Shown: positions 25,576 through 34,750 of the stretch, one piece after another
Position numbering within the stretch: position 1 is the stretch's first letter
Layout of the letters: every line of letters begins with the position of its first letter
Assembly: GCA_035546575.1 (NCBI GenBank)
Contig: DASZWN010000001.1
Span: forward strand, 1 to 47,081
Direction of reading: 5' to 3'
Origin: Minisyncoccota bacterium
GTDB lineage: Bacteria; Patescibacteriota; Minisyncoccia; Phycocordibacterales; SBAW01
DNA: 47,081 nucleotides
Notes under the pieces: generated by a model
The model's input: the letters and a program-made list of their open reading frames with translations, nothing else
Told to the model about the DNA's origin: nothing
The model's database searches: none
Made by a program: the position numbers and the translations under genes

Positions 25576-26913
25576 TTATACTCCTTTTATAGCAGAAGTC
25601 AAGTACCCTGAAAGCTCTTGTACTGTAAGGCGCTTTTGCTCGCCGGTGTCTCTATCGCGCACGGTTACGGTGTCTTTAAGCTCGGGCTTTTCGCCAAGCG
25701 TGTCGAAGTCGATCGTGATGCACCACGGCGTGCCTATTTCGTCTTGGCGGCGATAGCGCTTGCCCACGTTGCCGTTGTCATCAAATACAATCTGCGGGAT
25801 CTCTTTCTTGAGCATCGCGTAAATCTCGCGAGCCTTAGCTACAAGCTCGGGCTTATTTTTGAGGAGCGGAAAGACTGCGGCCTTAATAGGCGCTACAGCG
25901 GGAGCGAATTTGAGATACGTGCGAGTCTCACCGCCCAGAGTGTCTTCTGTGTATGCGCTTGCAAGGACTGCGAGTACCGTTCGGTCTACACCAAGCGACG
26001 GCTCAATTACATGCGGCACAAAAGGCTCTTCGCCCTCATCTCGGTACGAGAGGTCTTTTGCAGATCCCCTGGCATGGGCCGAAAGATCAAAGTCGGTACG
26101 ATATGCCAAGCCGTAGAGCTCTTTGCGGCCAAACGGAAAGTCGAACTCAAAGTCGATCGTGCGTTTAGAGTAATGTGCTCGATCTCCATCGGCAACCTCT
26201 AATTCATGCACCGCATCTTTTTTGATACCGACTGCCAAAATAAAATTGAGTATTACCTGGCGCCATTCCTCAAACTTCCCTTCCCAATCAGATGGGCGTA
26301 CAAAGTATTCAACCTCCATCTGCTCGAACTCGCGCGAGCGGAACACGAAGTCGCGCGGCGCTATTTCGTTGCGGAATGCTTTGCCGATCTGCGCCAAACC
26401 GAACGGAAGTTTTGGGTGCAAAGCGTCGAGCACATTCTTAAAGTTAACAAACATGCCACCCGCAGTCTCGGGGCGCAAGTACGATACGCTCGACTCGTCT
26501 TCGGTAGCGCCAACATGCGTCTTAAACATCATGTTGAACTGGCGTGCCTCTCCCAATTTGCCTCCGCAATCTGGACAGATACTCCCCTCTACATGGTCGG
26601 CGCGGAAACGGTGTCTGCATTTTGCGCACTCAACTAATGGATCGGAAAATCCGCTCACATGTCCTGAGGATTCCCACACCCTTGGGTGCATGAGTATTGC
26701 AGCATCTACCCCATACATGTCGTCGCGCGAGTCGACAAACATCTTCCACCATATGTTTTTTATATTGTTCTTGAGCGCAACGCCAAGAGGCCCGTAGTCC
26801 CAGGTGCCGGCCAAACCGCCGTAGATTTCTGACCCTTGGAATACAAACCCGCGGCGCTTGCACAGCGAGATTATTTTTTCCATCAAATCCATCTGATTTT
26901 CTTCCTGGGCCAT
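25576..26913 (-). CDS. glyQS: Glycine--tRNA ligase (homodimeric class II type)
   Basis: 445 aa: ISLCKRRGFVFQGSEIYGGLAGTWDYGPLG, FRNEIAPRDFVFRSREFEQMEVEYF, and a C-terminal anticodon-binding domain. Confidence 0.96.
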   Translation of the reverse strand: MAQEENQMDLMEKIISLCKRRGFVFQGSEIYGGLAGTWDYGPLGVALKNNIKNIWWKMFVDSRDDMYGVDAAILMHPRVWESSGHVSGFSDPLVECAKCRHRFRADHVEGSICPDCGGKLGEARQFNMMFKTHVGATEDESSVSYLRPETAGGMFVNFKNVLDALHPKLPFGLAQIGKAFRNEIAPRDFVFRSREFEQMEVEYFVRPSDWEGKFEEWRQVILNFILAVGIKKDAVHELEVADGDRAHYSKRTIDFEFDFPFGRKELYGLAYRTDFDLSAHARGSAKDLSYRDEGEEPFVPHVIEPSLGVDRTVLAVLASAYTEDTLGGETRTYLKFAPAVAPIKAAVFPLLKNKPELVAKAREIYAMLKKEIPQIVFDDNGNVGKRYRRQDEIGTPWCITIDFDTLGEKPELKDTVTVRDRDTGEQKRLTVQELSGYLTSAIKGV

Positions 26914-26925
26914 ATATTGTTATTA

Positions 26926-28983
26926 CTATTTCGCGACCACAGTGTCCATACCGGCACTGCCGTCTATCGTGTGCGTGGTCGGGCCGTCGACATTTGCCCC
27001 TACCTGCACCTGCGCGTAGCGATCTTGGCCGGAGGCCGAGGTCGGGCCCGTGAGTGCTGGGATAGTGCCTACTTGGGAGCTACTTGGGCTTATTGCTACT
27101 TGGAACGATGCCTGGCGCGCCGCGGTACTATAGCCGACGCCGGCTTTTATATCGCCGATATTCCACGTTACGGTACGGCTGCCCGGGTCGTACGTGACGC
27201 CGCTCCCCGACTGTGCGGCAACAAAGGTCACGTACGGCGGCAACACCGTTTGCACACTGGTGTTTGCAACAGTATTGGCAGAATTTTTAACCGTCCAGGT
27301 AATACCGTAGGTGGTGGTCTGCTCTACACGCGGTGGCACCGGTCCGGTGTTATTGAATACACCCGATCGGCTCGACTGCGCCGTAAGCGAAAGAGCGGAA
27401 GCGAGGACAAGCTTTGCGCTCGCAGCAGAAGCAATCGTGTCAGGCACGCCATTGTCGTTTTGACGAGTTGCACGCACGGTGAGATTAAGTGTGATGGTCG
27501 GGTTGGTGATAAGCGTGCCCTGCGCTGCAGGCGGGAGTGTTGCGAACGAGAATTGGAACGTGCCTGTAGCGCCCGGCGCGACAGTGCCCAGACTCGCATC
27601 GCGATCTTTTGTCCAGACGATCGTATTATTGCTCGACTGGTAGAACCCGCTTTGCGAATTGATCGAGTTTTTATCGACCGAGGGCCCGCTGAACGAGAGC
27701 TCGAGCTGCAAATCAGATATTGAATCGCTCAGGTTATTCTGCCAGCTCACCTGGCCCTGGAGTGTCCCTCCCGCGCTGACCGAAATATTTTGCCCCGTCT
27801 TCCCTTCTATTGAGACCGAGCCCGTGATGAATGGGTGTTCAACCGAGAGCGTCTGGGGCACGGTGAGGAACGGTACTCGCACATGCGTATCGGTCGGGTC
27901 GGAGTTTGAGCCTGCCAAGAATCTGAACACGCGCTCGTCGCCATCGGCAGCATCGATGCTGCCGGTAATATGTATCACTTTGGTAGTACCTGGCGCGAGC
28001 GTACCAAAGCGCCAGAGCGTACCGCCAGCTGCGGCTGCAGGATTGGTGTTTGAAACCGAAAAACCAAATGGGTATTGCGCCTCGATCGTAACATTGTCGA
28101 CCGGCGTTGTGGCATTTGAGCGCACCGTTATGTCGATGCCAAACGAGTCGCCGGCAATAACCTTGCTTGGCGCATCGATGCTGACCGAGACCGGTGCGGA
28201 GCCGATGGTAAAGAGCGCCTGACCCTGCTTCTCGAACACAGCATTGGAGCCCGAGACGCTGTACTCAAGCCGCGCAGCAATAGCCTCTTGCGCGCCTTCC
28301 TGGCCGTAGAGGAGTGCCGAGAATGTCTTTTTTACTTGCTCACCCGATGTAATAGTACCTATCGAGATGCGGTCATGCGTGAGCGACTTTGTCGGATCCG
28401 CAGCAGATCGAGCGCCGTCTGGATAATCGATCACTAAGTCTGCCAACTCGAGCGATGTGGTATTGCGGTTCGTAATAATCACTTCAAAATCTGCTTCTTT
28501 GCCGCCATCTATTAGCGAAGGCGCGATAACCTCGACGTCGATATTTTGCGGCGAAGTAGTGTTGACTCCTCCATAAAACAACAGTGCTGAGATGCCTGCA
28601 GCAATAATAAAAAACAAAATGGAGCCGAAAAAGAATTTTGTTGAGAGTGACATGCGTTTTTTTGGTTCTACGGGTGTAAGCGGCGTAGGAGTTATCACTG
28701 GCGCGTTAGGGTCGGTATACTCCCATGCTTGCGCAGCGGCGCTCTTTGGAGGCTGAGGGGGTTCTGAGAATTCTGATTTTGCAGCGTCCCCGTTGTGTCC
28801 TGCAGCGGAGAAATCAGAATTCTCAGAACCCTCGCCGGGAGCATGTATCTCGCTCCAGGAGGTTGGTGCGTGCACCTCATTGGGCGACATCGGCGAGCGC
28901 TCCTCGGGCTTGGCGGCCTTGGCGCCACGTGCATAGAGACGACTTTTGAGCTTCTCGACAGCCCCCTTCTCCTCTTTTGCCAT
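26926..28983 (-). CDS. Type-II membrane-anchored surface protein with repeated beta-sandwich (CARDB/DUF11-like) domains
   Basis: 685 aa: a ~110-aa charged/Pro-rich cytoplasmic tail, one TM helix (FFFGSILFFIIAAGISALLFYGG), then about 5 Ig-like modules rich in T/S/V/G. Confidence 0.7.
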   Translation of the reverse strand: MAKEEKGAVEKLKSRLYARGAKAAKPEERSPMSPNEVHAPTSWSEIHAPGEGSENSDFSAAGHNGDAAKSEFSEPPQPPKSAAAQAWEYTDPNAPVITPTPLTPVEPKKRMSLSTKFFFGSILFFIIAAGISALLFYGGVNTTSPQNIDVEVIAPSLIDGGKEADFEVIITNRNTTSLELADLVIDYPDGARSAADPTKSLTHDRISIGTITSGEQVKKTFSALLYGQEGAQEAIAARLEYSVSGSNAVFEKQGQALFTIGSAPVSVSIDAPSKVIAGDSFGIDITVRSNATTPVDNVTIEAQYPFGFSVSNTNPAAAAGGTLWRFGTLAPGTTKVIHITGSIDAADGDERVFRFLAGSNSDPTDTHVRVPFLTVPQTLSVEHPFITGSVSIEGKTGQNISVSAGGTLQGQVSWQNNLSDSISDLQLELSFSGPSVDKNSINSQSGFYQSSNNTIVWTKDRDASLGTVAPGATGTFQFSFATLPPAAQGTLITNPTITLNLTVRATRQNDNGVPDTIASAASAKLVLASALSLTAQSSRSGVFNNTGPVPPRVEQTTTYGITWTVKNSANTVANTSVQTVLPPYVTFVAAQSGSGVTYDPGSRTVTWNIGDIKAGVGYSTAARQASFQVAISPSSSQVGTIPALTGPTSASGQDRYAQVQVGANVDGPTTHTIDGSAGMDTVVAK
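28759..28831. repeat. 21-bp perfect inverted repeat inside the coding region of the 26926..28983 gene
   Basis: GGGTTCTGAGAATTCTGATTT (~28759-28779) and its exact reverse complement AAATCAGAATTCTCAGAACCC (~28811-28831), separated by a 31-nt spacer. Each arm contains a GAATTC core. Confidence 0.8.
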
Positions 28984-29008
28984 AAAGAGAATTATACACT
29001 ACCTGTCT

Positions 29009-29593
29009 TTAGAGTCCGGTTGCGGTGAGAGAGTCGTTAATTGCTTTAAGCAGCAGCGCTCGAGATGCTTCCGCCTCTGCCTGGAGCTCGATCGAAAAGA
29101 AATCTTGCTCTATAAATGGTTGCAGCTCCGGCGTCTGCGGCAAGTACCCCAAATGCGAGACAATCCTGAGCACAAGCACTGTCTCGATGCTCTGCACAGT
29201 TGCACCTTGGCTGCGAGAAAGAGCGCTGAGACCTTCGGCCACTGTCTCATATAGCGCTGTGTTGTACTCCTCGCCATGGATAAGACGCATGAGTAGCCGT
29301 ACGATCCGCCCCGCTGCCTGCCGCTTTTCGGTCGAGATATCACCTGCGCGCCACTCGTCGACTGCGCCTACGGCGCCAGTGAGCTTCCACTCGTTTTTGC
29401 CGCGGATAAAAGAGTACGTACCACTTGAGAGAGGCTCGATGCTATAACGCAGTTTTGACGCCTCGCGCCGGGCGCTGCGCGCTACAGCCTTAACAAGCCC
29501 GAGCTCGCGCGTGAGTATAGCAACAAGCGTGTTAGCCTCGCCTAGGCCTTTTTTGCCAAGCACGACTCCGTCGCTTACAAACAGTTTGTGCAT
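29009..29593 (-). CDS. recO: DNA repair protein RecO (short form)
   Basis: 194 aa with an N-terminal OB fold (VSDGVVLGKKGLGEANTLVAILTRELGLVKAVARSAR...SKLR). It lies immediately downstream of ileS (1-nt gap). Confidence 0.7.
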   Translation of the reverse strand: MHKLFVSDGVVLGKKGLGEANTLVAILTRELGLVKAVARSARREASKLRYSIEPLSSGTYSFIRGKNEWKLTGAVGAVDEWRAGDISTEKRQAAGRIVRLLMRLIHGEEYNTALYETVAEGLSALSRSQGATVQSIETVLVLRIVSHLGYLPQTPELQPFIEQDFFSIELQAEAEASRALLLKAINDSLTATGL

Positions 29594-29594
29594 A

Positions 29595-32500
29595 TTATTC
29601 TGTCGAGATGTTTAAGCTCCCCAACCCGGTGCCTTGCATGATCTCGTCGCGATGCATCTGCGCAATTACTTTTTCCTCGGGCGTCACTACAAGCGTGTAG
29701 TCCGGTCGGTCGGTGATAGTGAGGTTTTGCTCTTTGCGCCACTCCTGTATCCGGCGCATCAACGTGCGCACGGTCCCCTCTTCTTGCAACTCTTGTGTAA
29801 GAACGGTATCAAGTTTTGGCTCAACAAGAGTTGGGTCCTCCAAAATAGTTTTTACGTTTATTTCGTCGCTGATTATGTGTGTGGTATTCGAAACGTCAGA
29901 GAGTTTAGGAATGGTAAGTGAGGCAAGAGGCTGACGGACCTTGATTCCTGCCTGCTCTCGCAACTCAAGCCCTTTTGATGATAACGCGCGTGTAAGTTCC
30001 ATCTCTTTAATAAGAGCCTCGTCTATAGCAGTCTCGGCCGGCCAGTTGCTCAAGTGCACGCTGTCTTGGTCGCCATTTTCCTTCATTGCTTGGTAGAGCG
30101 TCTCTGCATAAAACGGCATCACAGGCGCCATAACGTGCGCAACAGTGTAGAGCACGTAGCGCAGTGTTGAGAGCGCCGCTTTTTTGTCCTCAGTATTCTC
30201 CTTAAACCGGTCGCGAGAACGGCGCAGATACCAGGTTGAAAGGTCGTCTATAAACCCGGCGAGCGGACGCGCTGCAACATCGAGCTCATATTTCTCGAAT
30301 CCATCTGTTGTACTGCGCACGAGTTCCCCTAAACGCGAGATAATCCAGCGGTCGAGCACATGGGCGCTTTGCGTGCTGCGCTCGGTACCATCTGCGTAGA
30401 GCACATAGAAAGAACGCACGTTGTCGAGCCGCATGAGCAATTTTTTATTAACATCCTCTACTCCGCGCAACACAAAGTTAAGGTCCTCGCCGCGGATTAC
30501 CGGAGAAGAAAGCAGATAGTAGCGCAAAGCGTCCACCCCCGGACCATCTGCCACATCCATCGGGTCGGGATAATTTTTAAGCCGCTTGCTCATCTTTTGT
30601 CCATCTTGCGCAAGCACGAGCCCGTTTACGATCACGTTTTTGTACGGACTGCGACCGAAGAGCGCAGTTGAAAGTACGATGAGCGAGTAGAACCACCCGC
30701 GCGTCTGGTCGAGGCCCTCAGCGATAAAGTCGGCCGGAAATCCTTTGGGCATCAGGCCAAATACGCGGCGCGGATCAAACGTATCTTTCTCAAAAGGATA
30801 GTGGTTGGAGGCAAACGGCATCGAGCCCGACTCAAACCAGCAGTCAAACACATCGGGCACACGCTCCCACTGCCCACTTGCCGGGTCGCCCATTGGCACC
30901 TCGTCGATATACGGGCGGTGCAAGTCGAGGTCGTAATCGGCATTATGCGGGAATGGAGTAAATGGGAGTTCTTTAACGCTTGCTTTGTCTGGCAGCGTTT
31001 CTATTTTTGAGCGCAACTCCTCGGAAGTAGTGCGATCAGCAACCGAGGAAAGCAGCCAGATAGGGTTACCGTGAGTAACAATCAGAATATTTTTATTTAC
31101 ATAGCGCCGCTCGATCTCAAACAAAAAGTCTCCCATTCGACGCCGTACATCCATAAAACTCTCCCCTCCTTCCGGCGCATGCACAAACTGCTCGGCGTTG
31201 CTGATAGCTGCATGGAACTCGGCCGATGTTTTGCCGGAAAAGATGCCAAACTCAAACTCTCGCAAGCGTTGGTCTACCATTACCGCTTGGTCAGGAAGGC
31301 CCAACTCCTTTTGCACAATCCCCGCTGTCTCCCGGGTACGCAGAATCGGAGATGTGATGATCATGTCGATTTGCTTGCTCTTTAAGCTCTCGGCTGCTTT
31401 TGCCACTTGCCCTCTCCCTGTTTCAGTAAGGTGGTTGTCTGGTCTGCCGGTCGAGTCGAGCCTGTCTTCAACATTTCCGATAGCCTCGCCATGGCGCATC
31501 ACAAAGTAGGTGTTGCCTGAGCGCCGCACGTTTTTGAGCAGTTCCTCGACCGAGCCCATTACCTTAATATCTTTTGTTTTTTTGTTGCGCCAGACCGGCA
31601 GCGGCGCCCCCCAGTAGCGTGTGCGCGAGATAGCCCAGTCCGGTGCAGACTCAAGACCGTTGCGGAAACGCCCCTTCCCCACGTGCTCTGGCACCCATTC
31701 TACTTTCTGGTTTTCTGCGAGCAGATTCTTTTTGAGTGCGGAGACTTTTACAAACCATGAGTTTGCTGCCCAGTTGAGGAGCGGCGTGTCGCAGCGCCAG
31801 CAGTGCGGGTACGAGTGCGTGATCTTTTCGTCTTTAAATAACAGGCCGCGGCCTTTCAGATTCTCTACTATAAGCGCGTCGGTCTCAGTGTGGCGTCCTT
31901 TTGGCTTAACCGGCAGCCCTGCAAAGTCGGCAACCGTTGCAATAAATTTCCCCTCATCGGTTACGTGATGAATGAGCGGGATCTTTTCTTTCTGTGCCAG
32001 CTCCAGGTCCTCGGCACCATAGGCCGGCGCCAAATGCACGATGCCGGTACCGTCCTCGAGTGTTACATATGGCGCGGCGTATACCTTCCATGCGTGCGTG
32101 CGGTGTTTGTGGAGCTCGTCCTTAAAGTACTCAAACGGCGGAGCATAACTCTTGCCTACCAGCTCCTTTCCCAGCATCTCGCCCACGATATCTAGCGACT
32201 CGCCAAGCACTTTGTGTGCGAGCTCCTTTGCGACAACTACAAACTCGTCCCCTATTTTTACTTTTACGTACACTGCGTCAGCTTTTACCGCAGCCGCCAC
32301 GTTGCCCGGGAGCGTCCATGGCGTCGTAGTCCATATAAGGAGAGAGGTATTCTTTTCATCAACAAGAGGCAGACGTACTGTTACTGCAAAATCTTTTATG
32401 TCTTGATAACCCTGCGCCACCTCAAAGTTAGAGAGCGTGGTGCCGCAGCGCGGGCATAGATGCATCGCTTTAAAACCCTCGTAAATAAGACCTTTGCTGT

Positions 32501-33041
32501 AGAGCTTTTGGAACGACCACCACACCGACTCCGTGTACGTAGAGTCCATGGTTTTGTAATCGTCTTCCATGTCGGCCCAGCGACCCATGCGCGGGACGAT
32601 GCGCTTCCAGTCGTTAACATCTTTCATGATGCTCGCGCGCGCGGCCTCGTTGAATTTGCCGATGCCGTACGCCTCGATATCGCGCTTGGTTTTAAATCCG
32701 AGCTCTTTCTCAACGAGGTTTTCTACCGGCAGACCGTGGCAATCCCAGCCCCAGCGGCGCGCCACACGGTAGCCCTGCATCGTGCGGTAGCGCGGGATAG
32801 CATCTTTTATGGCAGAGGCCAAAATGTGGCCGTAGTGCGGCAAACCGTTGGCAAACGGCGGCCCGTCATAAAATACAAACTCGCCTTTTGGCGAAGGCTT
32901 TTCTAAGCTGCGTTCAAATATCTTATGCTCATTCCAAAAAGCCAGCACGCCCTCCTCGCGCTTAGCGGTGTCGCTCTTTGCAGAGTCATTCTCTGGCGCA
33001 TGATGCATCTCTTCCCCGCCCTGCTTCCGGTCATCAACCAT
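29595..33041 (-). CDS. ileS: Isoleucine--tRNA ligase (eukaryote-like/type 2) with an inserted histidine-phosphatase domain
   Basis: PPFANGLPHYGHIL (HIGH), a CP1 editing region (TTTPWTLPGN), WAISRTRYWGAPLPVW, DVFDCWFESGSMPF and KMSKRLKN (KMSKS). At 1148 aa it is about 190 aa longer than expected because of the insert listed below. Confidence 0.95.
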   Translation of the reverse strand: MVDDRKQGGEEMHHAPENDSAKSDTAKREEGVLAFWNEHKIFERSLEKPSPKGEFVFYDGPPFANGLPHYGHILASAIKDAIPRYRTMQGYRVARRWGWDCHGLPVENLVEKELGFKTKRDIEAYGIGKFNEAARASIMKDVNDWKRIVPRMGRWADMEDDYKTMDSTYTESVWWSFQKLYSKGLIYEGFKAMHLCPRCGTTLSNFEVAQGYQDIKDFAVTVRLPLVDEKNTSLLIWTTTPWTLPGNVAAAVKADAVYVKVKIGDEFVVVAKELAHKVLGESLDIVGEMLGKELVGKSYAPPFEYFKDELHKHRTHAWKVYAAPYVTLEDGTGIVHLAPAYGAEDLELAQKEKIPLIHHVTDEGKFIATVADFAGLPVKPKGRHTETDALIVENLKGRGLLFKDEKITHSYPHCWRCDTPLLNWAANSWFVKVSALKKNLLAENQKVEWVPEHVGKGRFRNGLESAPDWAISRTRYWGAPLPVWRNKKTKDIKVMGSVEELLKNVRRSGNTYFVMRHGEAIGNVEDRLDSTGRPDNHLTETGRGQVAKAAESLKSKQIDMIITSPILRTRETAGIVQKELGLPDQAVMVDQRLREFEFGIFSGKTSAEFHAAISNAEQFVHAPEGGESFMDVRRRMGDFLFEIERRYVNKNILIVTHGNPIWLLSSVADRTTSEELRSKIETLPDKASVKELPFTPFPHNADYDLDLHRPYIDEVPMGDPASGQWERVPDVFDCWFESGSMPFASNHYPFEKDTFDPRRVFGLMPKGFPADFIAEGLDQTRGWFYSLIVLSTALFGRSPYKNVIVNGLVLAQDGQKMSKRLKNYPDPMDVADGPGVDALRYYLLSSPVIRGEDLNFVLRGVEDVNKKLLMRLDNVRSFYVLYADGTERSTQSAHVLDRWIISRLGELVRSTTDGFEKYELDVAARPLAGFIDDLSTWYLRRSRDRFKENTEDKKAALSTLRYVLYTVAHVMAPVMPFYAETLYQAMKENGDQDSVHLSNWPAETAIDEALIKEMELTRALSSKGLELREQAGIKVRQPLASLTIPKLSDVSNTTHIISDEINVKTILEDPTLVEPKLDTVLTQELQEEGTVRTLMRRIQEWRKEQNLTITDRPDYTLVVTPEEKVIAQMHRDEIMQGTGLGSLNISTE
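30942..31520 (-). other. Histidine phosphatase (phosphoglycerate-mutase-like, RHG family) domain inserted in IleRS (aa ~508-700)
   Basis: YFVMRHGEA...HLTETGRGQ...IITSPILRTRETA...LREFEFGIFSG...APEGGESFMDVRRR...ILIVTHGNP. These are the hallmark RHGE, S-P-x-x-R-x-x-x-T, E-x-x-x-G, GES and xHG motifs, in frame and flanked by IleRS core sequence on both sides. Confidence 0.8.
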
Positions 33042-33055
33042 ATTAAAAGACTATA

Positions 33056-34705
33056 CTACATCTCCTCCGGTGTTGGGATGCCTAAAACTTGGAGACCTTG
33101 TGCAAGAGTGTTCTCAATCGCCTTAACCACTGCAAGCGCGCGGCTTGTTATTGCTCCGTCGACAATCAAGCGTTCGCTCGCATACCAACTATTAAACATT
33201 CCGGCCAGCTCCGTAAGATAGGTGGCCACATAATGCGGCTCGAGCTCATGTACCGTGCGCTCAACCACTTGCGGGAAGTGCACGATAAGCCGCTCTATCG
33301 GCATCGGGCCTGCGGGCTCCGGGTCGACAACTTTTGCACTTCTTGCATTACGCAAGAGTGCGCGAGCACGCACCAACGCATACTGCACATAGGGTCCAGA
33401 ATCGCCTTCAAGCGAGAGCGACTTCTCCGGATCAAAAACGATATCCTTGCCGGAGCTTTGCTTGAGCACCGCGTATTTGATCGCTCCTACTGCCACCTGC
33501 TGTGCTGTGTTGTGCGCATCTTTGAGCTCGCGCCCTTCCATCTTTGTATTTGTTTCCCCCATCAAATCCATCAGGAGCGACTCGCCGGTAATGACATTGC
33601 CCACTCTAGAAGACATTTTGCCCTCGGCAAAACGCATCATGCCGTGCGAGCGATGCATGAGTTTGTTTGCTATCTCTGGGAACACCAGACCAGCGGCTTG
33701 GAACACAACCTTAAAATATTCATTCTGCTCATTGGCAGTTACATATATATAGTGGTCTGATTGTCCGCGTTGCTCCTTCTCGACAATGAGCCCTAGGTCT
33801 TTTGCCTCATAAGTTGGGAGGCCAAGTTTGTTGATAAACACGCGGGTGTGGAGGCCGTACTTCTCGCCATGAAATACGATCGCGCCTTCGCTAGCCTCAA
33901 AAATCTCCGGGCGGGCGCGCACGATCTCTAAACCTTTGTTAGCCGTCTCGCTCTCAAAAAAGTAGAGGTCGAACTTAGTGCCGAGTATCTTGTAGATCTC
34001 TTCAAAGTGCTCAAGCGAGAGTGTGCGGCCTTTTTTATAGAGTTCGTTTACGCGCTCGTCAGTCTTGTCATAAATCTTTTTATTGAGCGCATCGATTGCC
34101 AGCTTGTCCTCCGGCTTCTCTTCATAGCGAGTAGCGCCCTCAACATAGGCGCGACTTATATCCTCGATAGTCGGATTCTCGATATTCTTCTCGAGCAAGA
34201 CAAAGAGCGCTTTTGCAACATGCGGACCAACATCTCCTTGATAATTAGCGCGCAATACTTCTGCCCCCGAATGCTCAAGCGCACGCGCGATACTCTCGCC
34301 TATTGCGTTGCTCATAAGGTGGCCTATGTGGAATTGTTTGAACGGGTTTGGGTCCGTGTACTCGACCATCACCTTCTTTCCTTTGTATATAGTATTGTTT
34401 CCCCACTCCTTGCCATGTGCCTCATGCACAACCTCTTTAACCACAGACCCTGAGAGCGTAAAGTTAATGAACCCCGGCCCCGCAACCTCGATTTTTTTAA
34501 TACCCTCGATTGCGAGGTTGCTTGCGAGCTCGTCGGCCACCTCTTTTGGATTCTTTTTAAGAATCTTTGCCGCAATAAGTGCCGCGTTAGTAGCGTAGTC
34601 GCCATGATCCATCGAGCCTGGCCGCTCTAGAGCAAAAGCCACACCCTCGGCCCCCATAGCCGTAAGCGCCACCGTTATAGCTTGCTCAATATCTTGCCGA
34701 ATCAT
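33056..34705 (-). CDS. argS: Arginine--tRNA ligase
   Basis: N-terminal Arg_tRNA_synt_N-like domain, FKQFHIGHLMSNAIGESIAR (HIGH), a DALR anticodon-binding domain, and a terminal M. The ATG at 34705 is preferred over the TTG at 34711. Confidence 0.96.
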   Translation of the reverse strand: MIRQDIEQAITVALTAMGAEGVAFALERPGSMDHGDYATNAALIAAKILKKNPKEVADELASNLAIEGIKKIEVAGPGFINFTLSGSVVKEVVHEAHGKEWGNNTIYKGKKVMVEYTDPNPFKQFHIGHLMSNAIGESIARALEHSGAEVLRANYQGDVGPHVAKALFVLLEKNIENPTIEDISRAYVEGATRYEEKPEDKLAIDALNKKIYDKTDERVNELYKKGRTLSLEHFEEIYKILGTKFDLYFFESETANKGLEIVRARPEIFEASEGAIVFHGEKYGLHTRVFINKLGLPTYEAKDLGLIVEKEQRGQSDHYIYVTANEQNEYFKVVFQAAGLVFPEIANKLMHRSHGMMRFAEGKMSSRVGNVITGESLLMDLMGETNTKMEGRELKDAHNTAQQVAVGAIKYAVLKQSSGKDIVFDPEKSLSLEGDSGPYVQYALVRARALLRNARSAKVVDPEPAGPMPIERLIVHFPQVVERTVHELEPHYVATYLTELAGMFNSWYASERLIVDGAITSRALAVVKAIENTLAQGLQVLGIPTPEEM

Positions 34706-34750
34706 GCACAAAGAGTAACAGATTTTATAAAAAGGAGAACTAACCTCAGA

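Noticed and set aside
26836-27723. 295-aa plus-strand ORF
   Set aside because: It is antisense to the surface-protein gene and the glyQS 5' end. It is Arg/Cys-rich with no motifs, so it is a shadow ORF.
33089-33760. 223-aa plus-strand ORF inside argS
   Set aside because: It is antisense to a fully conserved ArgRS, so it is a shadow ORF. The same applies to 36221..36799 in glyA, 37692..38156 in thyA and 39739..40275 in the BtpA-like gene.
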